Shown: one piece after another, positions 39,048 to 53,148 of the stretch
How the letters are laid out: each line of letters opens with the position of its first letter
How positions within the stretch are numbered: position 1 is the first letter of the stretch
NCBI GenBank assembly: GCA_951406725.2
Contig: OX597827.1
Coordinates: 13,640,001 to 13,704,000, forward strand
DNA: 64,000 nt
Direction of reading: 5' to 3'
Source: Octopus vulgaris
Lineage: Eukaryota
Translations under genes and position numbers: made by a program
The notes under the pieces: model-generated
What the model was told of the DNA's origin: nothing
Databases searched by the model: none
The model's input: only the letters and a program-made list of their open reading frames with translations

Positions 39048-39088
<41 letters not shown>

Positions 39089-39286
39089 TAGATGTATACA
39101 TATATATGTACACACACAAATATATATGCACATGTGTGTGTGTGTGCATGCTCATGTAGGTAGGTATATGTGTATGTATTTATACTTGCAATTGCATACA
39201 TAATATATACACTTACGTATGTAAGTGTATGTAAGCATATGTAGTTTAAGTAGTTATATATATACATGCTCCGATACAGATAATAC

Positions 39287-39336
<50 letters not shown>

Positions 39337-39597
39337 GCTTGTACATGTATATATGTACATATGTATGTGCGTACACCACACACACACACACACACACACA
39401 TGTATGTGTACAAAAGATTGTGCAACAAATAGAGAGAGAATGAAGATAGTAAGAGTGAAAGAGGGAGAAAAAGAGAGAAAGCGAGATAGAGAGAGAGAGA
39501 AAGAGAGTAAGATAACATTGCCCACAGTGATTGTTGAGGATCAGTGATTATCGCCATGGCCTCAGTGTGAATGTGCGTGCGTGTGTGTGTGTGTGTG

Positions 39598-39656
<59 letters not shown>

Positions 39657-39953
39657 GCGAGTGAGTATGCGTTTGTTTGCGTTTGTGGGTGTAAAATCTT
39701 AAATGTCCATACAAAGCTATTGAAGACCTCAGAAATCCATAAATATTTATATATTCAATATTAAGAGACTTCTTTGATGAAATTAGTGAAAAGATTTCAG
39801 AAATTCCATTGTCAACAAGGATGTGATTGCAGTGCATGTAAATGGAACATTACGGATAAACATCATCTAATGATCAGCACACTTTTACAGCTTTCGGGTT
39901 TCCCTGTCACCACTGTGACTAGTGATCTTTGAAAAGAAAGCCAACACAATAAA

Positions 39954-39993
<40 letters not shown>

Positions 39994-40175
39994 TTATACA
40001 TACAGCTCATAATGAAACAATAACTATTTGCCAAGTTCTGCAAGGCCGATCTCTCCTATTATTTCACACACACATACTCCTCTCACACATAAATATGTGT
40101 GTGTGTGTGTGCATGCATATGTAGATGTTTATATATCTGTATGCATATATATATATATAAATATATGTATATAAA

Positions 40176-40220
<45 letters not shown>

Positions 40221-40336
40221 AGATATATATATATTATTTTATATATATATAGATATATACATCATTTTATATATATATATATTTTATATATATATATATA
40301 TATATAGATATATACATCATTTATATATATATATAT

Positions 40337-40375
<39 letters not shown>

Positions 40376-40421
40376 TATACATAATTTTATATATATATAT
40401 ATATATATAGATATATACAAC

Positions 40422-40495
<74 letters not shown>

Positions 40496-40880
40496 TTTAC
40501 ATATATACCTCATTTTATATATATATATATATAAATATAGATGTAGAAATGAGTTTATATAACTATGTAATAGAAAACATAATCAATACTCCACCCCAGC
40601 TCACCCTCACAATCTATTTTACTATTAGCCTATTATCACTGCAAATATTTGAGGAGTTTAATTCATATTTGCTGACATGCATGCATCTGTGAATGTCTGT
40701 GTGTGTCTGTGTGTGTGTGCGTGTGCATGGGCATATACATTTGTATTATTATGCATTTCAAAGAGTGTATTTATTCGACCATTTAATTATGTGTATGTCT
40801 ATCCACATAAATGCATATATAATCATGCATGCATACATACTCATAGACACACATTAGATATATATGTGTGTGTGTCTATG

Positions 40881-40921
<41 letters not shown>

Positions 40922-40993
40922 TTACCATGAGGCAGTGAGTGAGAGTGTTAGATAGACAGAGTCAGACTGGTATATAGACAGATAGATAGATAA

Positions 40994-41060
<67 letters not shown>

Positions 41061-41893
41061 GATAGACAAATAGATGTATTTGTGCAAATATGTGTCATAT
41101 ATAGAAGTGCGCACGTGTACGTATGTTTGTATGTGTAGGACATCATCATCATCGTATATTCACATACATTTCCCTATGGTGTCATGAGTTAGATGGGTCA
41201 TCACAGACTGATTCAGCTCTTATTCACTGCCCTTCGAGACTGCTCGGGGGCCACATCTCACTCATACATTCTGTTTTGTGATAAGTTTTCTGCACCCGGA
41301 GGCCTTCCTTTATCATTAACATTCTCAATTACAGAGTAGTTTTGCATGCACTTCATTATGGCACCAATGCTAAAGAGATTGCCTTGTCCCTGGCAGGACT
41401 AAAGAGAATCCTGAAACTTTGTCATTTCTTTCCAGTTACCAACTACTTTGCTGAATGTACAATGTGTTTATCAACACAAGGCAGCAAACTGGCAGAAACA
41501 TTAGCATGCCGGGCCAAATGCTTGGCGGTATTTCGTCTGTCTTTACGTTCTGCATTCAAATTCTGCCAAGGTCAACTTTGCCTTTTATCCTTTCGGGGTT
41601 GATAAACATAAGTACCAGTTGCGTACTGGGGTTTGATCTAATCGATTTTCTTCCTCCCCAAAACATTTCGGGCCTTGTGTCTAGAGAAGGAAAGAATGTG
41701 TATATCAACACATAGATAGATAGATTTAAGCATGCATATACCAACTATCTATCCAGCTATCTCTCTATCCATCTCTCTATCTATCTATATATCTGTCTAT
41801 CTCTCTATCTATATATCTATCTATATATCTATCTATCTATCTGTCTCTCTATCTCTCTCTCTATCTATCTATCTATCTATCTATCTCTATCTC

Positions 41894-41926
<33 letters not shown>

Positions 41927-42611
41927 GTGTCTATGTATGTATTCTTCTATGCATACTGTTGTGTGTGAAAGTTGAGTGTCAATGTGTGCGCGTGCATGTG
42001 TGAGTGTGTATGTGTATGTGTGTGTACTACTTTCAGTCTGCTAATATATGCAGTGTGCATGTGTGTGTGTATGTGTGTATGTATGTGTATGTATCTGTAT
42101 GTGCATATATGTGCTAATGAGTGTATATGCCTCAATGTTCCTAATTAGGTATGAAGATATTGATCAGATATAACGATATGATGTATACACTGAAGGCAAT
42201 ATTCAAGAAATGGTTTTATTGAAGCAGAAACACACCAGCAAATATACACATATGATGCATAGACAGACACTTGAGTATAAATATATACCCACACCTAGCG
42301 AAATTGGCAAATATTTAGAGAGACAATAAGCAAATAGCGAAACAGTTTATTGATTATACACACAAACTGTTTAATTGTAAAAGTTCATATGTGTATACAG
42401 GCATACAACAGTGTCTATACAAATTTTTTTCATATGTACTCACGCTCATACATTCATATTTGCACCCATTCACACTGCTATTCATATATATATACTCTCA
42501 AATACAACAGACACACGCTCACATATATGTAGGTATATATATATATATTCATTTATGTATATGTGTTTGTCTGCATTCATTGACTTCATCGACAGATGTG
42601 TGTGTGTGTGG

Positions 42612-42694
<83 letters not shown>

Positions 42695-42770
42695 CATACA
42701 TACATACATACATACATACATATCTATATGTATTTACATACACAACACACACACACATATATATACACGT
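37900..42770. repeat. extended field of (TA)n, (TG)n, (GA)n and (GATA)n microsatellites with short unique islands
   Basis: direct inspection. Confidence 0.9.
41479..41697 (+). mobile_element. SINE family B monomer (short-tail variant)
   Basis: head, Meta-like domain and tail aaacatttcgggccttgtgtctagagaaggaaagaa. Confidence 0.85.
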
Positions 42771-43450
42771 GTGTGTAACTCATTCTGCATTCTCAACATC
42801 ATCCCTTACCACTATATCGTTCCCTGAACACCTTCATAAATCTGCCATTGACAGCCCCCTCCACCTTTGTTCCTCACTCACAATTTCCTCCCTATATAGC
42901 TCTGACCTCTGTCTCTGTCACTGCGCATCCCTCAATCTCTCACACCCTCTCTCACTTCACATCACCATCTCCCTATTTCTCATCTATCTACAGTTTTATT
43001 ATACTGCTACTCTCCACCCTCTCCTTTTTATACTTACATATGTTACCTCCTCCTCTTTTCAGATCCACTCCCATTTCCTTCATCTTCACCCCCTCATTCC
43101 AATATTCACCAGTGACTGTTCCTTCTACCTCAATACCCCACCCACTTAGTTGAGTGGGAGTGTGATACCGAGGGAGGTTGTTCACTAGTGCTGGTACCAT
43201 GATAAAATACCTACTATACTCAGTGAAGTGATTGGCATTACAAAGGGCATCCAGCTACAGAAATCATGCTGAAGCAAAGCAGACAATGGAATTCAATGCA
43301 GACCTCTGACTTGTCAGATCCTGTTAAATGATGCAATTCATGCCAACATGAAGGACGGATTTTGAAAGATAATGATGATGATGTATAGCACTGTCTCCCT
43401 CTTTCTCTCTTCATTTTCTCAGTTTATCTCTCTCTATATATATATATGCA

Positions 43451-43487
<37 letters not shown>

Positions 43488-43629
43488 ATGTATGTATGTA
43501 TGTATGTATGTATGTATGTATGTATGTATGTATGTATGTATGTGTGTGTGTGTATGTATGTATGTATGTATGTATGTATGTATGTATGTGTGTATGTATG
43601 TATGTGTGCTGTGCATGTATGTATGTATG

Positions 43630-43845
43630 TGCGCCAATCGCGAAAGCGCATGGCTCGTATAGCGAATGGGGAAAGCTTGGTCTGCAATGTTTGCAGTCGT
43701 GCATGCTTGTCAAGAGCAGGGCTCATTAGCCACCAACGGAGCCACAAATTCAAAATATAAGTTAGTCTTAGAGCGCACAATGTTCCTGAAGGTCGGCAAT
43801 GGTCTTCCTCGGTCACGAGTGGACAGCCATCATGTATGTATGTAC
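43630..43845 (+). mobile_element. RTE-clade LINE 3' end with C-terminal C2H2 zinc finger, in (ATGT)n
   Basis: RQSRKRMARIANGESLVCNVCSRACLSRAGLISHQRSHKFKI*, then a short UTR and (ATGT)n tail. Confidence 0.75.
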
Positions 43846-44649
43846 GTATCTGGACCACATAAAAAGTGCCCACCACGCTCTGTAAAGCAATTGGCATTAG
43901 GAAGAGCATCCAGCTGTAGAAACCAACCCAACTCAGACTGGAACCTGGTGTAGCTCTCCAGCTTTTCTAGCTCTGGTCCTTTAATTTAGTTATGCTTTCT
44001 TGAAAGATCTAAATGAGAGAACTCAAGTACTGAAAATTGTGTCAATATTGATACACTAAGGAAAAAAAAACTTACAAAGCAAAAAGTGGTCAAAGAGGGA
44101 TCACCAATAAATTTTGTGCCATTGAAAGCTTTGTAAAGGATATTTAAAAGTCTTTTATTTATGAGTGTTCAATTATATTTACTGCTCATTAAACCCCCCC
44201 ATGATCCTTCCAAAATGTATGGAAAGTGTTATTTTACATCTAAACCAAATCTCTTCTTTATATCAAAATAAATACTTTTTTCTGGTGTTATTATTAATTA
44301 TCTACGCTAACAAATAACTAAAGAAAAAAAAAACAACTCAAAATTATATTAAAATATATTAAACTTTGATAATTTACAGAATTTTGGCATAAAAATTTTT
44401 TCATTGCCAAATTTATATGAAAAGATATTTCTGACTTTTATTTAAATAATTTTAAAAATTGTTATTTGTATTTGAATGTCACTGAAACAAAAACATTAAA
44501 AAAAATAGTTTTTGGCTTCAGAAATATATTATTTTCTAACAGTTTTTTCAAAGCTGTTTTTTGTCTGTTATAGTTCTGATCATGTCTCTATCACTCTCCT
44601 CCTGATTGTTACGTTCCTCCTCCTAATCCTCATGTTCTTCCTGGTTATC

Positions 44650-44827
44650 ATGTTTGGATGTAACAAGGGTGGTAAAAGACCAGGCAAAGGATATAACAAG
44701 TGCCATCGCAATATTCTACATGACAACATCCAAAGTATCACCAAGCTAACCATCTGATGCTTGGCTTGTAATGGGTGGCATCAAGCATGTCTCAGACTCT
44801 TGGTATGCTCAAGGTGTTTTTCAAGAG
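44650..44827 (+). pseudogene. H4: histone H4 pseudogene fragment
   Basis: MFGCNKGGKRPGKGYNKCHRNILHDNIQSITKLTI*CLAC..GGIKHVS..GMLKVF aligns to [56 protein letters not shown]; has a stop, a frameshift and a deletion. Confidence 0.88.
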
Positions 44828-44835
44828 TCTAAATA

Positions 44836-45198
44836 TACTCTTTTACTCTTTTACTTGTTTCAGTCATTTGACTGCGGCCATGCTGGATCACCGCCTTTAG
44901 TCGAGCAAATCGACCCCGGGAATTATTCTTTGTAAGCCCAGTACTTATTCTATCAGTCTCTTTTGCCAAACCGCTAAGTGACGGGGACGTAAACACACCA
45001 GCATCGGTTGTCAAGCAATGCTAGGGGGACAAACACAGACACACAAACATATACACACACACACTTATATATATATATATATACATATATACGACAGGCT
45101 TCTTTCAGTTTCTGTCTACCAAATCCACTCACAAGGCATTGGTCGGCCCGGGGCTATAGAAGAAGACACTTGCCCAAGGTGGCCACGCAGTGGGACTT
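44836..45198 (-). mobile_element. SINE family A (head truncated)
   Basis: matches family A. Confidence 0.9.
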
Positions 45199-45446
45199 GA
45201 ATGATCAGAATACCTTCATTAAAAGTATTTGACTCTACTGCTTTCTAACTAACTCATTCAACTACTTTATTAACATTTTCCCTTTCTTCTCAGGCTCTTC
45301 ATTAGCATTTTTACCTAAGTTTTTCCAATTTATAAAATTACATTTCAATGTGATTTTAATGTTTTGAGAAAAAAATTAATTTTTTTAGCCTTTATGTTAA
45401 GTTTTGTCTCAATCACAACAACATATTTATTTGTAAAAATCATTGC

Positions 45447-45866
45447 CAGGAGTGGCTGTGTGGTAAGTAGCTTGCTTACCGACCACATGGTTCCGGGTTC
45501 AGTCCCACTGCGTGGCATCTTGGGCAAGTGTCTTCTACTATAGCCTTGGGCCGACCAAAGCCTTGTGAGTGGATTTGGTAGACGGAAACTGAAAGAAGCC
45601 CGTCGTATATATGTATATATATATGTATGTGTGTGTATATGTTTGTGTGTCTGTGTTTGTCCCCCTAGCATTGCTTGACAACCAATGCTGGTGTGTTCAC
45701 GTCCCCGTCACTTAGCGGTTCGGCAAAAGAGACCGATAGAATAAGTACTGGGCTTACAAAGAATAAGTTACGGGGTCGATTTGCTCGACTAAAGGCGGTG
45801 CTCCAGCATGGCCGCAGTCAAATGACTGAAACAAGTAAAAGAGTAAAAGAGTAAAGAGTAAAAAGA
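45447..45866 (+). mobile_element. SINE family A, full length
   Basis: caggagtggctgtgtggtaag...gaaacaagtaaaagagtaaaagag. Confidence 0.92.
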
Positions 45867-46301
45867 GTAGACAAGCAGGCAAAATGCAGGTGCTGGAGTG
45901 ATAAATATTCTTAATTAGTTGAACTGGAAAAGCACAGAACAAGATATGAAACCTATCGTAGCTGAAGTTGGAATTTGAATATAAATATGTCTTTTGGTAA
46001 GGTTCAGATCAGAAAAAGTAGGGAAAAGATTGAAGACAACATGTTTGGTAATGTGAATAAATTTGAAGTTTCAATTTTTTTTTCCTTATAGCACATTCAC
46101 ATTCACCTGTCTAACTGAAACCATATCCAATAACTAATACCAAATATCGAGTTTAAGAAAGGTAAGTTAGATTCTGTGTGCTTTGAGGGAAGGAAATTTA
46201 TTGGTCAAGCTTATTAGAAGTCATGAGTATCAAGGGTGAAAGTGTGTTTTTAAGTATCAAGAACCAAGAATATTGGATTTACAGAGCTTTATAAACATAT
46301 A

Positions 46302-46674
46302 GGTGCAGGAGTGGCTGTGTGGTAAGTAGCTTGCTTACCAACCACATGGTTCCGGGTTCATTTTCCCTGCGTGGAACCTTGGGCAAGTGTCTTCTACTAT
46401 AGACCAAAGCCTTGTGAGTGGATTTGGTAGATGGAAACTGAAAGAAGCCTGTCATATACATGTACATATTTATGTATGTATGTGTATATGTTTGTGTGTC
46501 TGTGTTTATGCCCCCAACATCGCTTGACAACTTAGTGGTTCGGCAAAAGACACTGATAGAATAATTACTAGGCTTGCAAAGAATAAGTCCTGGGGTCGAT
46601 TTGCTTGACTAAAGGCAGTGCTCCAGCATGGCCACAGTCAAATGACTGCAACAAGCAAAAGAGTAAAAAGAGTA
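46302..46674 (+). mobile_element. SINE family A
   Basis: matches family A with small deletions. Confidence 0.9.
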
Positions 46675-47025
46675 GAGAATAAATTCTGAACCTTTTGTTT
46701 CTACTAGGATAAGTTACAATTTTCTATTGGAGAAAAAATAGACACTACTAAAACCATCCTTTCATTTATCTTTCATTATTCCTGTGCTGGTAGACAGTTT
46801 CTACTTGTTTGAGTCTTATTAGGCAAGTTAAATCATATCCTGGTCACTCTTAAGTGAGCTCAAATTTTTGTTGGTTAGAAAAAATATGAAAAGAAGGTAG
46901 TTGAAATTCCTTTTAATTTTGAAGGACAAGCTCCATCTCCATCATATATGAACACACCAATTCCCTCCTAAAATACTTTCTATATTTATTAGAAAATAAA
47001 TATAGGAAGTTCTATACAGAACAAT

Positions 47026-47408
47026 AGGCGCAGGAGTGGCTGTGTGGCAAGTAGCTTGTTTACCAACCACATGGTTCCGGGTTCAGTCCCACTGCATGGC
47101 AACTTGGGCAAGTGTCTTCTACTATAGCCTCGGGCCGACCAAAGCCTTGTGAGTGGATTTAGTAGACGGAAACTGAAAGAAGCCCGTCACATATATGTAT
47201 ATATATATGCGTGTGTGTGTATGTTTGTGTGTCTGTGTTTGTCCCCCTAGCATTGCTTGACAACCGATGCTGGTGTGTTTATGTCCCCGTTACTTAACGG
47301 TTCGGCAAAAGTGACCGATAGAATAAGCCCCAGGGTCGAGTTGCTCGATTAAAGGCGATGCTCCAGCATGGCCGCAGTCAAATGACTGAAACAAGTAAAA
47401 GAGTAAAG
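47026..47408 (+). mobile_element. SINE family A
   Basis: matches family A. Confidence 0.9.
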
Positions 47409-47445
47409 AGAGAGAATTCTTTTCATAATGGAGGCTAGAATTTAA

Positions 47446-47666
47446 CCCTTTCATTACCAACCCGGCTGAAACCAGCTCTGGCCCTGTAGTATAAATGTCT
47501 TGTTTTCATAAGTTTTGAATTAAAATCTTCCACCAAACCTTAGTCACAATTTATGTTCCTAACACTAGCTGAATGATAACTAAGTTATTTTACTAATTTC
47601 TTTGTTATATTTAAAGTAATTGAAAGAAACACAGAGCATCTCAAAATAAATACAGCAATGAAAGGG
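47446..47666. mobile_element. intact piggyBac-type MITE (TTAA TSD, CCC...GGG termini)
   Basis: TTAA-ccctttcattacc ... gcaatgaaaggg-TTAA. Confidence 0.88.
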
Positions 47667-47944
47667 TTAAAGAATGGTTATATTTATACATTTGAATATA
47701 ACTAAAAGTAACATGCTCTTTATTTCAGTTCCGACTTCAGGTGCAATATTTTTATGCTTCCACTTCTTGTATAGAAAAGAGAAGAACCATTATTTTACTG
47801 AGGATTAATTTCCACTTTAATGATTAAAAATATCTTGAAAAGTCATTTTCTTTCACTGCTTCAAACATATTCAACTATAGTAAGAATTTTTCCATTTCTA
47901 CTACGTGTGTGTGTGTATGTGTATATGAGTGTATGTATATGTAT

Positions 47945-48502
47945 CTTTTATCTTTTATCTTTTAGCTTTAACTTGTTTCTGTCATTAAACTGAGGCCATG
48001 CTGGGGCACCACTTTGAAGAATTTTAGTCAGACACATTGACCCCAGGACTAATTCTTTAGCCTGGTACTTGCTTTATTGGTCTCTTTTGCTGAACCACTA
48101 GGTTTCGGTGATATATACACACATGGACATCAGTTGTCAAGCAGTGGTAGGGGACAAACACACACATACATGCATGGTTCCAGGTTCAATCCTACTGCAT
48201 GGCACACTGGGCAAGTATTTCCTACTATAGTCTCAGGCTGACCAAAGACTTATGAGTGAATTTGATTGATGGAAACTGAAAGAAGCCCATGCCTGTCATT
48301 GTGTTTGTGTCTGTCCCTCGTCACTGCTTGACAACTGGTGTTGGTGTGTTTACATCCCCATAACCTAGTGGTTTAGCAAAAGAGACCAATAGAATAAGTA
48401 CCAGGTATAAATAAAAAATAAGTACTGGGGTTGATTTATTTGACTAAAGATTCTTCAAGGCACTGCCCCAGCATGGCCACAGTCTCATGACTAAAACAAG
48501 TA

Positions 48503-48505
<3 letters not shown>
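47945..48505. mobile_element. two older family A SINE pieces abutting in opposite orientation (foldback)
   Basis: ggccatgctggggca (47995) / tgccccagcatggcc (48464). Confidence 0.75.
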
Positions 48506-48540
<35 letters not shown>

Positions 48541-48869
48541 AATATATGCATATATACATATATATGCACATACCTACATATATATGTATACATACATGCA
48601 TACAGGACATCCAAAAACCGTTGAACACAATCACATACATCACTACTTCATACACATATGCACAATTACGATGTCCTGTTCCCATATATGCATGTATATA
48701 TACATATAGATGTAGATATGTACATATACATATACATATGTATATATGCATATATTTATATATTATTTATATTATTATATGATCGAATGCCACACATCCT
48801 TTTCCAAGTAATATATATATACACTTGTATATATATATACTTGTATATATATATATATATATACACTTG

Positions 48870-49436
48870 CAAGTGCAAGTGTGACCTTGTGGCCTATGCT
48901 AGGAGTGTAACCAGTCCACTTATGCATGCCTTTTCTTCATTAGACGCTAAACTCTGCTTGCAAAGACCAGTTGAGGCAAGTGAAATCGAAATCAAACTTG
49001 GTGATTGGCATCCATTGCTAGTGGAGCGCTAAGAGTACCATACGAGTGAGATCGTTGCCTGAGCAACAAACTGGCCTTTGTGCCGGTGGCACGTTAAACA
49101 CACCATTCAAGCGTGATCGTTACCGCAGCGCCTTACTAGCACTTGTGATGGTGGCATGTGAAACATTCGAGCGAGGTCATCGCCAGTGCCGCTGGATTGG
49201 CTCCTGTGCAGGTGGCACATAAAAAGCACCGTTTGGGTGTGGCCATTGTCAGTACCACCAAACTGGCCCTTGTGCCGGTGGCACGTAAAAGCACCCACTA
49301 CACTCTCGGAGTGGTTGGTGTTAGGAAGGGCATCCAGTTGTAGAAACTCTGCCAGATCAGATTGGAGTCTGGTCCGCCAGACCTCAGTCAAAGAAAGCGG
49401 ACGTTAAATGATGATGATGATGATGATGATGATGAT
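48870..49436 (+). mobile_element. RTE-type LINE 3' UTR with four diverged internal units and (GAT)n tail
   Basis: gtgccggtggcacg units; ggaagggcatccagttgtagaaac; gcggacgttaaatgatg. Confidence 0.8.
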
Positions 49437-49559
49437 ATATACACAGATTTAAAGCTTCCACATAGTTTCATAATAATCATTTCTCTGCCAATCTGCCTGC
49501 TCCTCCACAAAAACAAAAAATAGATGCACAATATGTGTGACAAAGACAGATATTCATAG

Positions 49560-49810
49560 CTCTGGCTTTAAAGAGCAACCTAACCCAGCCCAACCTATTC
49601 ACCAGGCCTGTTTTGCTTTGGTTTCTGGTTGTTTCCAAATTTGAAGTTGTTTCTAAATTCGAAAAGAAGTGGATTCTCTTGCTGTAATGAAGAACAACAG
49701 TCAATGAATTACTGGCAGTTCTCTGAGAAGAACAAGAAGTTCCAGTAATATGACATTGAGCAGCTGCACAAGATATACGAAAAGCCCATTGACTTCATTG
49801 AAAAATGAAA
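49560..49810 (+). mobile_element. highly degraded mariner transposase C-terminal fragment
   Basis: PTYSPGLFCFGFWLFPNLK resembles HPPYSPDLAPCDFWLFPKLK. Confidence 0.55.
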
Positions 49811-50112
49811 AATGTAATTGATAACCCTTTGTCTGCAGACCTGGAAACTGAAAATGCCAAAATTTTCAAGTGAAAGAAACACTGCAATTGGAGAATTCCA
49901 GAGCGTGTGAGCCAGACAGTAAACTCTCAGCTGTAAAAGTAATATTGCTCTCGGTCGTTTCGTCAAAATTGTAAAAAGCATGTCTCCAAAGTGTGACTAT
50001 TACATATAAGGCAAAACTGCCCTACTGTTAAATTTATATAAAACTATGATTATAGTATGTATGTGTGTGTATATATATATATATATATATACATATATAA
50101 TATTAATTAGAG

Positions 50113-50222
<110 letters not shown>

Positions 50223-50265
50223 TTATATACATATATATACATATATATATATGTATATATATATG

Positions 50266-50325
<60 letters not shown>

Positions 50326-50467
50326 TATACAAACACACACACATATGTATATAAATATATATACACATATAGAAATATATGTGTGTGTATGTGTGCATAT
50401 ATATATGTGTGTGTGTGTGTCTGCGTATGTATATAATACACACACACACACACATATATATATAACA

Positions 50468-50818
50468 AGGCACTTCATCGGTTACAACAACGAGGGTTCC
50501 AGCTGCTCGTAATAAAATTAACGTGCAAGTGGCTGAGCACTCCACAGACACGTGTACTCTTAATGTAGTTCTCGAGGAGATTCAGCATCACATAGTGTGA
50601 CAAGGCTGGCCTTTTTGAAATATAGGTTCAACAGAAACTGGAAGAAAGGGTGAGAGAAAGTTGTAGTGAAAGAGTAGAGCAGGGTTTGCCACCCCACCAT
50701 GCCGGAACCTTGTGGTATTTTCGCTCAATAAATACTGTCAATGCCCGGTCTGGGAATTGAAACCACAATCCTATGACAGTGAGTCTACTGCCCTAACCAC
50801 TGGGCCAATGCCCCTCCA
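50468..50818 (-). mobile_element. SINE family D
   Basis: homologous to 11505-11883. Confidence 0.85.
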
Positions 50819-50829
50819 CACACACACAT

Positions 50830-50860
<31 letters not shown>

Positions 50861-50934
50861 CACATTGATAGAAATGGTAAGACAACAACAAAAATGAAGG
50901 AGACCTCGATATTATGTAAATAGAGGAATTTAGC

Positions 50935-51151
50935 TGTAAATGTAATATGTGACAATTATTCGGTAGCCAAGATGAAACTCCGAGTTTTAGATGTCTGAGT
51001 AGAAATCCCTGCCACCATCTCTTCAGTTATCTGGTCATCGGATTTTTTCTGATGGACGGATAACTGAAGAGATAGCAGCAGGGATTTCCACCCTGACATC
51101 CGAAACTCGGAGTTTTATCATGTCTACCAAATAATTGTGACATATTACATT

Positions 51152-51155
<4 letters not shown>
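50935..51155. mobile_element. palindromic hairpin element (with left extension to ~50865) carrying paired hammerhead motifs
   Basis: arms tgtaaatgtaatatgtgacaattatt / aataattgtgacatattacatttaca. Confidence 0.8.
51059..51119 (+). ncRNA. type I hammerhead ribozyme motif with canonical core
   Basis: gataa-CTGAAGA-gat...atc-c-GAAA-ctcggag-TT-ttatc; 5-bp stem I, GUU cleavage triplet; antisense copy at 50971-51031. Confidence 0.75.
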
Positions 51156-51183
<28 letters not shown>

Positions 51184-51373
51184 CGAGGTGGGAAAAGTTC
51201 ATAGGTTTGGGTAAAAGAAAATATAAGATGATCAGTTAATTATGATTTCGTCCCCTCTCACTTACTGCAGTGGTCCTTCAGTTTTTCTCATCCTGCAAAA
51301 GAACTAGGATGGTTGGGTCTCCAAGCAGGCCTTTTGTGATGCCCTTGAAGCCAGGAACTTTTCAGCACCTCCT
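51184..51373. mobile_element. mariner-type MITE, degraded
   Basis: TA-cgaggtgggaaaagttc ... gccaggaacttttcagcacctcct. Confidence 0.6.
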
Positions 51374-51516
51374 AATATGTACATATATAATTACTCCTAT
51401 GCTTATTAATGACCGTTTTCTTCCATTGGGGATTCATACACCCAAACACGAGAGACAATTTTCTATTGTCAACATGCTGTGAATACTTAAAATTATATAT
51501 ATATATATATATATAT

Positions 51517-51731
51517 ACCGGAGTAAACACATAAATGTGAAACAAGGTGGAAAAAAGAGTACTCAAATACCAGTGGTAGAGTAATATGCTTTATTTAAAG
51601 CAGCAGAAAATTTCACAAAACCTGTTACTCTGAGTTTCGCGTTGCCGTTCGTCGGACAGTTTTGTCCGACAAACGGCAACGCGAAACTCAGAGTAACAGG
51701 TTTTGTGGAATTTTCTGCTGCTTTAAATAAA
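51517..51731. mobile_element. second copy of the 36949 hairpin/hammerhead family, in (TA)n
   Basis: near-identical leader accggagtaaacacataaatgtgaaacaaggtgg; minus-strand motif 51622-51659 ctgt-CCGACGA-acg(gcaa)cgc-GAAA-ctcagag-TA-acag. Confidence 0.85.
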
Positions 51732-51772
<41 letters not shown>

Positions 51773-52638
51773 CATACACACACACTTATTTGAATTATAT
51801 TATGAAATCCTTCGCATGTTTAGCCTTGGGTTCCATCCCAAAGCATGCAACTTTATAGATACAAATATACAATCATTTCAAAATCTGTAAAAAAAATAAG
51901 CTGAAAACTGAAACAATTCTCAGCCCAAGCAATTTTAATAAAGGGTCATTAACTGTTTTTGTTGTTGAAAAAATTAAAATATAAATTAAAAGTACAATTT
52001 TCCTGCTGCCATGTTATTAAGTATTTTGGGCACAAAATATTTAGAATGCCCCAAATCTGTAGGTGTATTATTCATGTGAGTATACATGTGTCTTTTAGTA
52101 GGTAGGTACATATACATAAGTATATATACCTCTCTCTCTCTCCCTATATACAGACACACACAAACACACTCACATATACATGCATACACATGCACATACA
52201 TACATATGTGTATACACATAGGTATATATATATATATATATATATATAAATGTGCATGTGTATATATATATATATATACACACACACACAATTACCAAGA
52301 CAACTACACACCATACATCTAGTGTAAATATTGTCTACATATAATATATTTGGTGTGTATGCAAATACATATAAAATACATGTAAACATATATAACAACA
52401 CATTTAATGTATAGAAGTTAGATGTGTGTATGTGTATACATGTGTGTTTGTGTGAGTGTGTGTGTGTGTGTGTGTGTGCATTGATATATGTGTATGTGTA
52501 CATACATGTGTGAATAGGTGTACATGCATATAAGTAAACAAATAGGAGTATATATACATGTGTACTTACAAATGTATGCACATACATACATGCATTCTTA
52601 CATACATTTGTTTGTAAAAATGTGTGTATATGTATTCT

Positions 52639-52679
<41 letters not shown>

Positions 52680-52748
52680 GAATATATGTGTGTGTGTATA
52701 TATATATGTATATATATATATACATGAATATATGTGTGTGTGTATATA

Positions 52749-52780
<32 letters not shown>

Positions 52781-52816
52781 CATGAATATATGTGTGTGTG
52801 TGTATATATATATATA

Positions 52817-52848
<32 letters not shown>

Positions 52849-53148
52849 CGTGTGTGTGTATATGTGTGTGTGTATGTATGTATATATACACGAGTTTATG
52901 TGTATATACGCACAAACATACACACACACATGTATATAGTTATTCATGGTGTGTGTTTCTGTCGAAACTTTAAATGGATCTTTGCATGCATTAATGACCC
53001 TTATTGAGAAAAAGACTCAGCCAACAGCGTCAACAACAATAACAACAATACCATCCACAACAAAACTGAGGCAAAAATCTTTGTGGCGAGGTGGGGTAGA
53101 GGGTGGGGGGGGGGGGGGGGGGTCACCAAAAATGAAAGGCAAGCTTAC

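Noticed and set aside
43680-43760. C2H2 zinc finger suggesting an exon of a host zinc-finger gene
   Set aside because: Single finger at an ORF end with no TGEKP linker or splice acceptor, followed by a short UTR and repeat tail; fits an RTE LINE terminus
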